From assembly GCA_034530615.2 (NCBI GenBank), contig JAVRCV020000008.1:128001-192000 (forward strand): 64,000 nucleotides of DNA, read 5' to 3'. The DNA comes from Aulosira sp. ZfuVER01. GTDB lineage: Bacteria; Cyanobacteriota; Cyanobacteriia; Cyanobacteriales; Nostocaceae. Positions within the stretch are counted from its first letter, which is position 1. Each line of letters starts with the position of its first letter. Both the position numbers and the translations under genes were made by a program. The notes beneath the pieces are model-generated. The model was not told where the DNA came from and did no database searches. It saw nothing but the letters and a program-made list of their open reading frames with translations. Below are positions 10,479-18,387 of this stretch, in pieces.

Positions 10479-10751
10479 TTATTCTATGGGTTTAGCTGAC
10501 TTCATCGGCTGTTCAGCAAGCTCAGTTCTGGCTTCTGTTAAGATATCCTCCCAAGCGTCGTTGATTTCTGCGATCGCTCCTTTGTTGTTTTCATAGAAAA
10601 GAATTGCACGTTTAATCGCTGCTTTGGTAATTGGTCTAGCTACACGCGCGATCGCTGGTGCAAATAATGGTAGAAGTACGATTGCTGCAATACCTGTTAC
10701 ACCAAGGCCTTCAACTAAATCTTCAATGTCTGGTAAAAATTTAATTGACAT
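10479..10751 (-). CDS. DUF5132-like small membrane-associated protein
   Basis: GLGVTGIAAIVLLPLFAP...RPITKAAIK...WEDILTEARTEL pattern: a hydrophobic segment followed by an amphipathic helix. Confidence 0.72.
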   Translation of the reverse strand: MSIKFLPDIEDLVEGLGVTGIAAIVLLPLFAPAIARVARPITKAAIKRAILFYENNKGAIAEINDAWEDILTEARTELAEQPMKSAKPIE

Positions 10752-10830
10752 AGTATTTTCACCTTCATTGTTCTAATCACTTTTATTTTATGCCCGTGTA
10801 ATCAAAAACTTTTCACCACTTCACAATTTA

Positions 10831-11700
10831 ATGCGGATCTTTATGAGCAATAGTCCTGCGGTTAAAACAATTCTTGTACTTGCAGCTAGTCCCGTAGATC
10901 GAGCTAGACTGCGCTTAGACATAGAAGTGCGTGAGATTGAAGAAGGGTTGCGACTGTCTAAATATCGCGACCAAATTAAGTTGGTATCTCGATGGGCTGT
11001 GAGAATCAAAGATCTGCGTCGAGTATTGTTAGATTTAGAACCCCAAATCGTGCATTTTTGCGGTCATGGTGTTGATGAAGGAATCATATTTGAAGACGAA
11101 CAAGGCAAAGGTAAACTAGTCACTACAGAAGCTTTGGCGAATCTGTTTGAGTTATTTGCAGGTCGAGTTGAGTGTATTGTACTCAATGCTTGTTATTCCC
11201 AAGCGCAAGCCAAAGCGATGATTCAGCACGTTGGTTATGTAATTGGGATGAGTAAAGCTATTGGGGATGAAGCTGCAATTAATTTTGCCGTGGGGTTTTA
11301 TGATGCTCTTGGTGGCGGACGTAATGTAGAAGACGCTTACAAGTTTGGTTGCAATGCAATTCAACTGCAAGGAATTCCAGAGCATTTGACTCCCATTATC
11401 CAAATTAATACGGCATTAAAGGCTGCATTGGGATCTACGCAAACAACTACCATCACACCTCAACCAGCAAAGCCTGCTCCGAAAATAGATCGAATGAAGT
11501 TGATTAAACTACTCAATGATATACCGCCGCAACAGTTGGATATGCTGTTGTTTGCAGTAGACGCGCCTAATGGTGTAGTTCCACCACTCACTGCTCCCCA
11601 AGGCGATCGCGCTGCTGCATTATTAAGATGGGCACAAAGTCCAACAGGTTGTGGTTTGGCAGCACTGCAACAAGAATTAGATAACATCCTTTGTTCGTAG
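10831..11700 (+). CDS. CHAT (caspase-like) domain protein with a C-terminal effector-associated-like helical adaptor domain
   Basis: ILVLAASP, LRLDIEVREI, catalytic His in VHFCGHG and Cys in LNACYS; the last ~65 aa are duplicated at the N-terminus of the next gene. Confidence 0.88.
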   Translation: MRIFMSNSPAVKTILVLAASPVDRARLRLDIEVREIEEGLRLSKYRDQIKLVSRWAVRIKDLRRVLLDLEPQIVHFCGHGVDEGIIFEDEQGKGKLVTTEALANLFELFAGRVECIVLNACYSQAQAKAMIQHVGYVIGMSKAIGDEAAINFAVGFYDALGGGRNVEDAYKFGCNAIQLQGIPEHLTPIIQINTALKAALGSTQTTTITPQPAKPAPKIDRMKLIKLLNDIPPQQLDMLLFAVDAPNGVVPPLTAPQGDRAAALLRWAQSPTGCGLAALQQELDNILCS

Positions 11701-11728
11701 TTGCGCTTTAGCGCTAAAGCGCAACTAC
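11697..11728. repeat. Perfect 32-bp palindrome (REP-like cyanobacterial repeat)
   Basis: gtagttgcgctttagc|gctaaagcgcaactac, overlapping the CHAT stop codon. Confidence 0.85.
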
Positions 11729-11863
11729 AAACCGAAACGATCGCTTGTGTAATTAATTGAAAACGGTGCGTTTACTCCGTGAGACAACATATCCTACATT
11801 TAAGGGAAAATTGGCGTAGGTTTTGTTGTTCTAAAATAGAACATTACTCTTGTCAACCCGTTA

Positions 11864-14353
11864 ATGGTTACACCCCAACGCGATCGCTTTGCACTCATCA
11901 AGCTGCTGAATGAGATAACGCCGCAAGATTTGGATATGCTTTTGTTTGCAGTGGATGCGCCGAATAATATAGTTCCACCACTGACAGCACCCCAAGGCGA
12001 TCGCGTTTCTGCATTATTGAGATGGGTGGAAGGATCGACGGGTTGTGGTTTGCGGGTATTGCAACAGGAATTGGCAGAAATTGTCCCGCTACCGCAGAAC
12101 GACGAAATTGCAACAGCACAATTGTGGAATATACCATACCCGCGCAACCCGTTTTTTACAGCGCGTGAAGCTGTATTGCAAGAATTGCGGGAAGCTTTGT
12201 TAACCAAGAAGCTAGCAGCATTAAGCGGCTTGGGTGGGATTGGTAAAACTCAGACTGCAATTGAGTATGCTTATTGCTATAAAGATGAGTATCAGCAAAT
12301 ACTTTGGGTAAGGGCGGCTTCACAGCAAGAATTGGTGTCGGGTTTGGTGAAGCTGGCAGAATTACTCAAGTTACCCATCAGCCAAGAACAGGATGAAAGC
12401 ATAATAATTAACGCAGTTAAGCAGTGGTTAGCAACACATAACGACTGGCTGTTGATTGTAGATAACGCCGATGAAATAGCGATGCTGCGGGAGTATCTAC
12501 CAGGGGCGCATCAAGGTTATGTGTTGTTGACTACCCGCGCTCAGGCGACGGGGATATATCAGCAAATTGAAATTAAAAAGTTGCAACCGGAAGATGGGGC
12601 GCTGTTGTTGCTACGGCGTGCGAAACTGATTGCAGAAAATGCGGGGTTAAATGCAGCAACAGAAGAAGAATGCTGTTTAGCAGCAAACATCTCGCGGGAA
12701 ATGGACGGTTTACCCCTAGCATTAGATCAAGCAGCAGCGTTTATTGAAGAAACTCCTTCGAGTTTGGCGGAGTATTTGCAATTTTACCGGGAAGAAGCGG
12801 CGAGACTGCTGGCGGAACGAGGCGAACTGGCAATTGATCATCCCAGCGTGAGCATCACCTTTTCCCTAGCTTTTGAGAAAGTAATGCAACGTAACCCCAC
12901 CGCCGCCGATTTGATTGGCGTTTGCGCTTTTTTAGCACCCGATGCGATTCCTGAAGAAGTTTTTACCGAGGGTGCGGCAGAATTAGGGGAAAACCTCAGC
13001 CAATTAGCAAACAAACCCCTAGATTTTGTCAAAGTCATCGCCGAAGCGGGACGCTTTTCGCTGATTTACCGCAACTCGTCTAATAAAACCTTGGATATTC
13101 ACCGCCTAGTGCAGGAAGTGTTAAAAGCCGAGATGGATGAAGACAGCCGCCGTCTTTGGGCAGAAAGGACTGTTTGTGCAGTTACAAAAGTCTTTCCGAA
13201 TGTTGAATATGCAAATTGGCGGCTATGTGAGCGACTTTTACCCCATGCTAGAGTTGCAATTGATTGGATAAAGCAGTGTCAATTTGAGTTGGAAGCAGCC
13301 GCTTTGTTACTTGCTAAGACTGGCTACTACTTGCAGGAACGTGGACAGTACAGTGAAGCCGAACCTCTGTATCAAAAAGCATTGTCACTCAGGCAACGGC
13401 TGCTGGGAGAAGAGCATCCCTCTGTCGCCACCAGTTACAACAACCTGGCTTATCTCTACGAATCCCAAGGCAGGTACAGTGAAGCCGAACCTCTGTATCA
13501 AAAAGCATTGTCACTCAGGCAACGGCTGCTGGGAGAAGAGCATCCCCATGTCGCCATCAGTTACAACAATCTGGCTTATCTCTACGAATCCCAAGGCAGG
13601 TACAGTGAAGCCGAACCTCTGTTTCAAAAAGCATTGTCACTTAGGCAACGGCTGCTGGGAGAAGAGCATCCCGATGTCGCCATCAGTTACAACAATCTGG
13701 CTTTACTCTACAAATCTCGAGGCAGGTACAGTGAAGCCGAACCTCTGTTTCAAAAAGCATTATCACTAATGCAACGGCTGCTGGGAGAAGAGCATCCCCA
13801 TGTCGCCACCAGTTACAACAATCTGGCTTCACTCTACTATTCCCAAGGCAGGTACAGTGAAGCCGAACCTCTGTTTCAAACAGCTTTGTCACTAAAGCAA
13901 CGGCTGCTGGGAGAAGAGCATCCTTATGTTGCCCAAAGTTACCACAATCTGGCAGGACTCTACGATTCCCAAGGCAGGTACAGTGAAGCCGAACCTCTGT
14001 ATCTAAAAGCTTTGTCACTTTATCAACGGCTGCTGGGAGAAGAGCATCCTGATGTTGCTCAAAGTTACCACAATTTGGCAGGACTCTACGATTCCCAAAG
14101 CAGGTACAGTGAAGCCGAACCTCTGTATCTAAAAGCATTGTCACTTAGGCAACGGCTGCTGGGAGAAGAGCATCCCCATGTCGCCACCAGTTACAACAAT
14201 CTGGCTTCACTCTACTATTCCCAAGGCAGGTACAGTGAAGCCGAACTTCTGTGTCAAAAAGCTTTGGAAATTGCGGAACGCAGTTTAGGGGTGAATCATC
14301 CCAAAACAATTACTATCCGTAATAATCTGCAATTATTGCGCGATCGCACTTAA
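11864..14353 (+). CDS. STAND NTPase (NB-ARC) - TPR protein (NLR-like) with an N-terminal adaptor domain
   Basis: WNIPYPRNPFFTAR, Walker A GLGGIGKT, Walker B WLLIVDNAD, LLTTR, GLPLAL and IHRLVQ; 7 near-identical 42-aa TPRs plus a capping repeat. Confidence 0.92.
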   Translation: MVTPQRDRFALIKLLNEITPQDLDMLLFAVDAPNNIVPPLTAPQGDRVSALLRWVEGSTGCGLRVLQQELAEIVPLPQNDEIATAQLWNIPYPRNPFFTAREAVLQELREALLTKKLAALSGLGGIGKTQTAIEYAYCYKDEYQQILWVRAASQQELVSGLVKLAELLKLPISQEQDESIIINAVKQWLATHNDWLLIVDNADEIAMLREYLPGAHQGYVLLTTRAQATGIYQQIEIKKLQPEDGALLLLRRAKLIAENAGLNAATEEECCLAANISREMDGLPLALDQAAAFIEETPSSLAEYLQFYREEAARLLAERGELAIDHPSVSITFSLAFEKVMQRNPTAADLIGVCAFLAPDAIPEEVFTEGAAELGENLSQLANKPLDFVKVIAEAGRFSLIYRNSSNKTLDIHRLVQEVLKAEMDEDSRRLWAERTVCAVTKVFPNVEYANWRLCERLLPHARVAIDWIKQCQFELEAAALLLAKTGYYLQERGQYSEAEPLYQKALSLRQRLLGEEHPSVATSYNNLAYLYESQGRYSEAEPLYQKALSLRQRLLGEEHPHVAISYNNLAYLYESQGRYSEAEPLFQKALSLRQRLLGEEHPDVAISYNNLALLYKSRGRYSEAEPLFQKALSLMQRLLGEEHPHVATSYNNLASLYYSQGRYSEAEPLFQTALSLKQRLLGEEHPYVAQSYHNLAGLYDSQGRYSEAEPLYLKALSLYQRLLGEEHPDVAQSYHNLAGLYDSQSRYSEAEPLYLKALSLRQRLLGEEHPHVATSYNNLASLYYSQGRYSEAELLCQKALEIAERSLGVNHPKTITIRNNLQLLRDRT
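13349..14260 (+). repeat. 126-bp intragenic tandem repeat (TPR units)
   Basis: tacagtgaagccgaac recurs every 126 bp from 13349 to 14231. Confidence 0.95.
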
Positions 14354-14443
14354 CGGCTATTTATAAGCGATCGCATTATTACTCATCTTTATTTTGTAAT
14401 GCGATCGCAGAATCAATTTCTGAGCGTCGCATCACTTCATAAT

Positions 14444-15064
14444 TTAATGCGGAAAGCTTTGAAAAATTTGTTCGGCATTCAAATTTAATTCTGGGAAAGC
14501 TTGTGAGATGAGACTCTCGCTGTTACGGAATTGTCGGACTTGGTATTCGCCCTCAACTAACGAGTAAATTGAGATAGTGGGTTGCTTAGGATTGCCGATA
14601 AACCGCCTACCACCTAAAGCAGCATAATCTACAATCCAGTATTCGGGAATGCCTATTGCTTCATAGTCAGCCGCTTTTTTTAAATAATCATCTCTCCAGT
14701 TGTTACTAACCACCTCAACAACTAAAGGAATTGATTCTGGAAGGCTGACAGTTGATTCTTTTTTCCACAGAGGCTCATTCACTAAATTAGGCTGATTTAA
14801 TATTAGGACATCTGGTGAATAAGCTGATTCACCCTCTGGTGGTTTAACAAACGCTGTTTTGGGAATAAAGTAAGGCAGTTTTAAACGTTTATATTCTGCA
14901 ACTATTTCTCCAACTAAAAACCCAATAACCTGTTCATGGTCGCCAGTTGGTGGGGGCATCTCAACAATTACTCCATCATACAGTTCATAGCGTTGTGGCG
15001 CATTTTCTGGATACCAAGCGATAAAATCATTAAATGTTACTAGCGCCCGTTTGGCTTGAATCAT
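14444..15064 (-). CDS. Uma2 family endonuclease-like protein
   Basis: RYELYDGVIVEMPPP, YSPDVLI, LVVEVVS and YEAIGIPEYWIVD motifs. Confidence 0.9.
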   Translation of the reverse strand: MIQAKRALVTFNDFIAWYPENAPQRYELYDGVIVEMPPPTGDHEQVIGFLVGEIVAEYKRLKLPYFIPKTAFVKPPEGESAYSPDVLILNQPNLVNEPLWKKESTVSLPESIPLVVEVVSNNWRDDYLKKAADYEAIGIPEYWIVDYAALGGRRFIGNPKQPTISIYSLVEGEYQVRQFRNSESLISQAFPELNLNAEQIFQSFPH

Positions 15065-15196
15065 AAATTATTTTCTCTATCGTCTTCATATTGATTACAA
15101 GGTGCAGAGCATACCTCAAACATATCTGTTTTACCCATTAACCTGCAAGCGCTCGAAGGTTGAGTTTGTTTGCAGCAACGATTAATCCTTAAAAAT

Positions 15197-15367
15197 GCGA
15201 TCGCATTGCCCTGCAATTGAATTGCATCGACCTGCAATTGTGTTGCATTGCCCTACAATTGCATTGCATTGCCCTGCAATTGTGTTGCATCGCCCTGCAA
15301 TTGAATTGCATCGCCCTGCAATTGTGTTGCATTGACTTGCAATTGTGTTGCATCGACGTGCGATCGC
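15197..15367. repeat. 21-bp tandem repeat array (7 full units plus a partial one) bounded by HIP1 sites
   Basis: Unit approximately gcat(t/c)g(c/a)cctgcaattg(tgt/aat)t starting at 15203; GCGATCGC at 15197-15204 and 15360-15367. Confidence 0.92.
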
Positions 15368-15451
15368 TAAATTACCCTTTGATTTACTTTACTGATAAGT
15401 TTTTTTGTCGTAATGGGTACATTAAATGTGTAATTTACCACGTATGAGTAT

Positions 15452-15838
15452 ATGCCAGCCCAAGATACAACACGCCGCTTGCGCCCTCAACTGATTAGTC
15501 AAGATATAGATTCATGGCACGGTTTGCAAACTGTCAGCACCTACAATACAAGCCGTGCTGATGCTTCTGCTGCTAAGTTAAAGCAAGCTTATCAGGCGAT
15601 GTTGGCACAGAAACAAGCCGAAACAGAAACACTAACTTTACACCGTGCGGCGGCGGATGCGGCGCGATTAGCAGAATGGGAATTTCACAATACTGTATTA
15701 GCGATGAAAGAAGTTATCCGCGGGCAATATGGATCGGATAGCGATGAAGCGCAGGCGGTGGGACTGAAGAAAAAATCAGATCGCAAACGTTCTAAGCGGA
15801 AAAAGCCAAGTGCGATCGCCACTTCAGGAAACTCTTAA
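15452..15838 (+). CDS. Uncharacterised 128-aa helical protein with a basic C-terminal tail
   Basis: Natural protein composition, long Ala-rich helix, ends GQYGSDSDEAQAVGLKKKSDRKRSKRKK. Confidence 0.78.
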   Translation: MPAQDTTRRLRPQLISQDIDSWHGLQTVSTYNTSRADASAAKLKQAYQAMLAQKQAETETLTLHRAAADAARLAEWEFHNTVLAMKEVIRGQYGSDSDEAQAVGLKKKSDRKRSKRKKPSAIATSGNS

Positions 15839-15893
15839 CGAGAAACTTGCCCAGATCCCCAACTTCTTTAAAAGTCGGGGATTTAAATACATC

Positions 15894-16424
15894 TTATTTC
15901 AGTGAGTTTTGCTCTAAATACCGCATTACTCCTGTACTCATTGCTAATAAATTCGGTTCAATATTTTTCCCCAAAAAATCTTCAACTACATGGGCAATTG
16001 TACCTGTGAGGAAAAATGGTACTCCCTTGATTTGTTTGGGATCAATTACTAATTCGCCACGGCTTTCAATTATTGTATTGTTGCCATCTGCCAAAAAGCG
16101 ATTTGTGCCACCACACTTGACTGCTTCTGTAAAAGCGTGAGTTTCAATCCGCCATTCAAGTGTAAATTTACTCTCATTCCATGTATTGTATTCTGTCCAA
16201 GAAAGCATATCTTCACTGAGTACAGCTCTTGCTGCTGCTGGAATTTCACTACCACCGTGCCATACATTGACACTATCAACTTTTCCCTCAGTTTCCTGGC
16301 GCGATTTAACTTCGATGTAGCGCACGTTTGGCATATAGGGAACTAGCTCAACCAGTTTGTCTCGGTAGGTAGCATAAACTAGGGAGCGTGGAAAGGAAAT
16401 TTTAGTATCAGCACAGATCAGCAT
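15894..16424 (-). CDS. Hypothetical protein, probable START/SRPBCC-like fold
   Basis: FPRSLVYATYRDKL...EWRIE beta-rich pattern with a C-terminal helix; 38 bp downstream of pyruvate kinase on the same strand. Confidence 0.6.
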   Translation of the reverse strand: MLICADTKISFPRSLVYATYRDKLVELVPYMPNVRYIEVKSRQETEGKVDSVNVWHGGSEIPAAARAVLSEDMLSWTEYNTWNESKFTLEWRIETHAFTEAVKCGGTNRFLADGNNTIIESRGELVIDPKQIKGVPFFLTGTIAHVVEDFLGKNIEPNLLAMSTGVMRYLEQNSLK

Positions 16425-16462
16425 TAATTAATACCAAATCAAAAGAGAAATGCAATCAGGAA

Positions 16463-17983
16463 TTACCAAGAGTTGAGCGATCGCATCTGGGGTGTCTTTT
16501 TCTGTTGATGTGCTTCCATTCGAGTTAAGACATCATCCAGAATTGTCACGGCATCAGCGATAAACGGCCCTTTATTTAACATGACACATTCAGCCCGTTC
16601 TGCCATTGCCGCATCAGTAATCTCGGCGCGTGAGGGAATGCCTTTCTTTACGAGATTTTCTAATACCTGTGTAGCCCAAATTACCGGAACATGAGCAGCT
16701 TCACATAGCCAAAGAATTTCTTCTTGAATTTCTGCCAAACGTTGATAGCCAATTTCAATTGCTAAATCTCCTCTGGCAATCATAATGCCAAAGGGTTGTT
16801 TGGCTGCTGCCTGCACAATCAATTCTGGAAGATGGAGCACAGCTTGGGGTGTTTCAATCTTGGCGACAATCGCAGGTGGTGTATTTGGGTGTCGGCGTTC
16901 TAACTCCCATTGCAAAAGCTCAATATCCGCAGCCTGTTGGACAAAAGAATAACCCACCATATCAGCATGAATTGCGACAAAATCCAAATCCTGCAAGTCT
17001 TTATCTGTTAAGGGACTCAGATGTAAATCAGTGTCAGGAAAGTTAAGACCTTTTTCATGGGGAATTTTGTTGCCCTTCAAGTTAGCATGGGTGATGCGTA
17101 ACATTACCCCATCAGGCGTTAAAGCTTCAACTTGCGCACCAAGACTGCCATCATCAATCCAAACAATAGCACCAACTTTTAATTTATCTAAGACTTCGGG
17201 GAGAGAGCAATTTGCTTGAAAACAGTCAGAACAAATTGTGCTGGGTAAATTTCCAGTTAGCAAGATACAATCACCCCGGTATAAACGTTGCGGAGATTTG
17301 CGGGCGATCGCCATGCTAATTCTCGGCTTAGGGCCAGCTAAATCCATTAATATCTTGCAAGGATATCCTGTTTCTCTACTCGCCAGACGCACATTAGCAA
17401 TCATCGCTGACCATTCTACAGGAGTATCATGGGCACAGTTAATGCGCACGCAATCACATCCGCGTTGAATTAAATCTCGCACGAATTCGTAATTGCTGGC
17501 TGCTTGCGTCGGTAAAGTCACCATAATTCTGACTCGGCGGCGATCGCGTGTATTGCCGAATAACTCTTCTGTATGTTGTTGCAACAAGCGATCGCCTGCA
17601 AAAAACTCCTCAATTGATGGACGATTAGGTAAGATATCTGGATCTGCCTGACAAATTGCTCCCAAAGTTGCGATCGCTGCATCTAAATTCGCTAATACCC
17701 GTCCTTCAATTCGCCCCAACGAAGTTAAACCCCAAGGCATCAAAGCTGCTTGCAGATGACGCAAATCATGCCGTCTCAGTGCCAAGTAGTAGGCAAAGTT
17801 GAGGCTACTGCTAACAAAAGCTTCTCTTTGAATGTGCGATCGCCACTCGTTAAAAATTTTTTCTCCCTCTTCTATCACTAACTGACGCAACTGTTGCAGC
17901 GTATTCAGCAAATTTTGAGCATCTAATAGGTCTAAACCTGAATAATTACATAAAATATCGTGATTTTTATCTAAATTAGACAT
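16463..17983 (-). CDS. pyk: Pyruvate kinase family protein (form lacking the usual C-terminal regulatory domain)
   Basis: RINCAH, MDLAGPKPR, AKIET, IARGDLAIE, ATQVLE, RAEITD and CVMLNKG motifs. Confidence 0.88.
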   Translation of the reverse strand: MSNLDKNHDILCNYSGLDLLDAQNLLNTLQQLRQLVIEEGEKIFNEWRSHIQREAFVSSSLNFAYYLALRRHDLRHLQAALMPWGLTSLGRIEGRVLANLDAAIATLGAICQADPDILPNRPSIEEFFAGDRLLQQHTEELFGNTRDRRRVRIMVTLPTQAASNYEFVRDLIQRGCDCVRINCAHDTPVEWSAMIANVRLASRETGYPCKILMDLAGPKPRISMAIARKSPQRLYRGDCILLTGNLPSTICSDCFQANCSLPEVLDKLKVGAIVWIDDGSLGAQVEALTPDGVMLRITHANLKGNKIPHEKGLNFPDTDLHLSPLTDKDLQDLDFVAIHADMVGYSFVQQAADIELLQWELERRHPNTPPAIVAKIETPQAVLHLPELIVQAAAKQPFGIMIARGDLAIEIGYQRLAEIQEEILWLCEAAHVPVIWATQVLENLVKKGIPSRAEITDAAMAERAECVMLNKGPFIADAVTILDDVLTRMEAHQQKKTPQMRSLNSW

Positions 17984-18387
17984 AATTGTTTCCTTTTTCC
18001 AAGATGTTTCTTTTTACTAATACGTTTTGATTATCAAGTAAATATCTAAGGAAATTGTGAAGGAGACAACTATTTTACAAGGTTGAATCAATCTATTATT
18101 ATCAATTTAAATTTAATCCTTTATTAACTGATATTTAACCTTTGCTTAATATAGCAATACTATGAATAATCAATAAGTTTAACTATCAAAAAATCGAACT
18201 TCTATTGTTAAAGCAAAAAATAGAAAGTTAAGCAAAGAAGCCTTTCAAGCTAACAAGAACTTATTAACCAAACTTTCTCCCCTGCTGCTTTTCTCCATGA
18301 GAAAGTTAGCAAATCAAATAAAGTTTATTTAGCTCTCCGACTTCTTAAAGAAGTCAGGGAGCTATGCAGCGTGACAAATTTGTCTAA

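Noticed and set aside
13284..14144. Alternative-frame repetitive ORFs (13284-13769 +, 13683-14144 -)
   Set aside because: Shadows of the 126-bp TPR repeats.
13349..14260. TPR variability as a diversity-generating retroelement target
   Set aside because: No reverse transcriptase or separate template repeat in the window, and the differences are not restricted to adenines.
15197..15367. 21-bp array as a CRISPR array
   Set aside because: Units are contiguous with no unique spacers, and there are no cas genes in the window.
15217..15447. 76-aa Cys-rich ORF (CIALQLC repeats) as a metallothionein or RiPP precursor
   Set aside because: It is simply the translation of the 21-bp repeat, with a TTG start inside the repeat and no RBS or modifying enzymes nearby. 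Not fully excluded.
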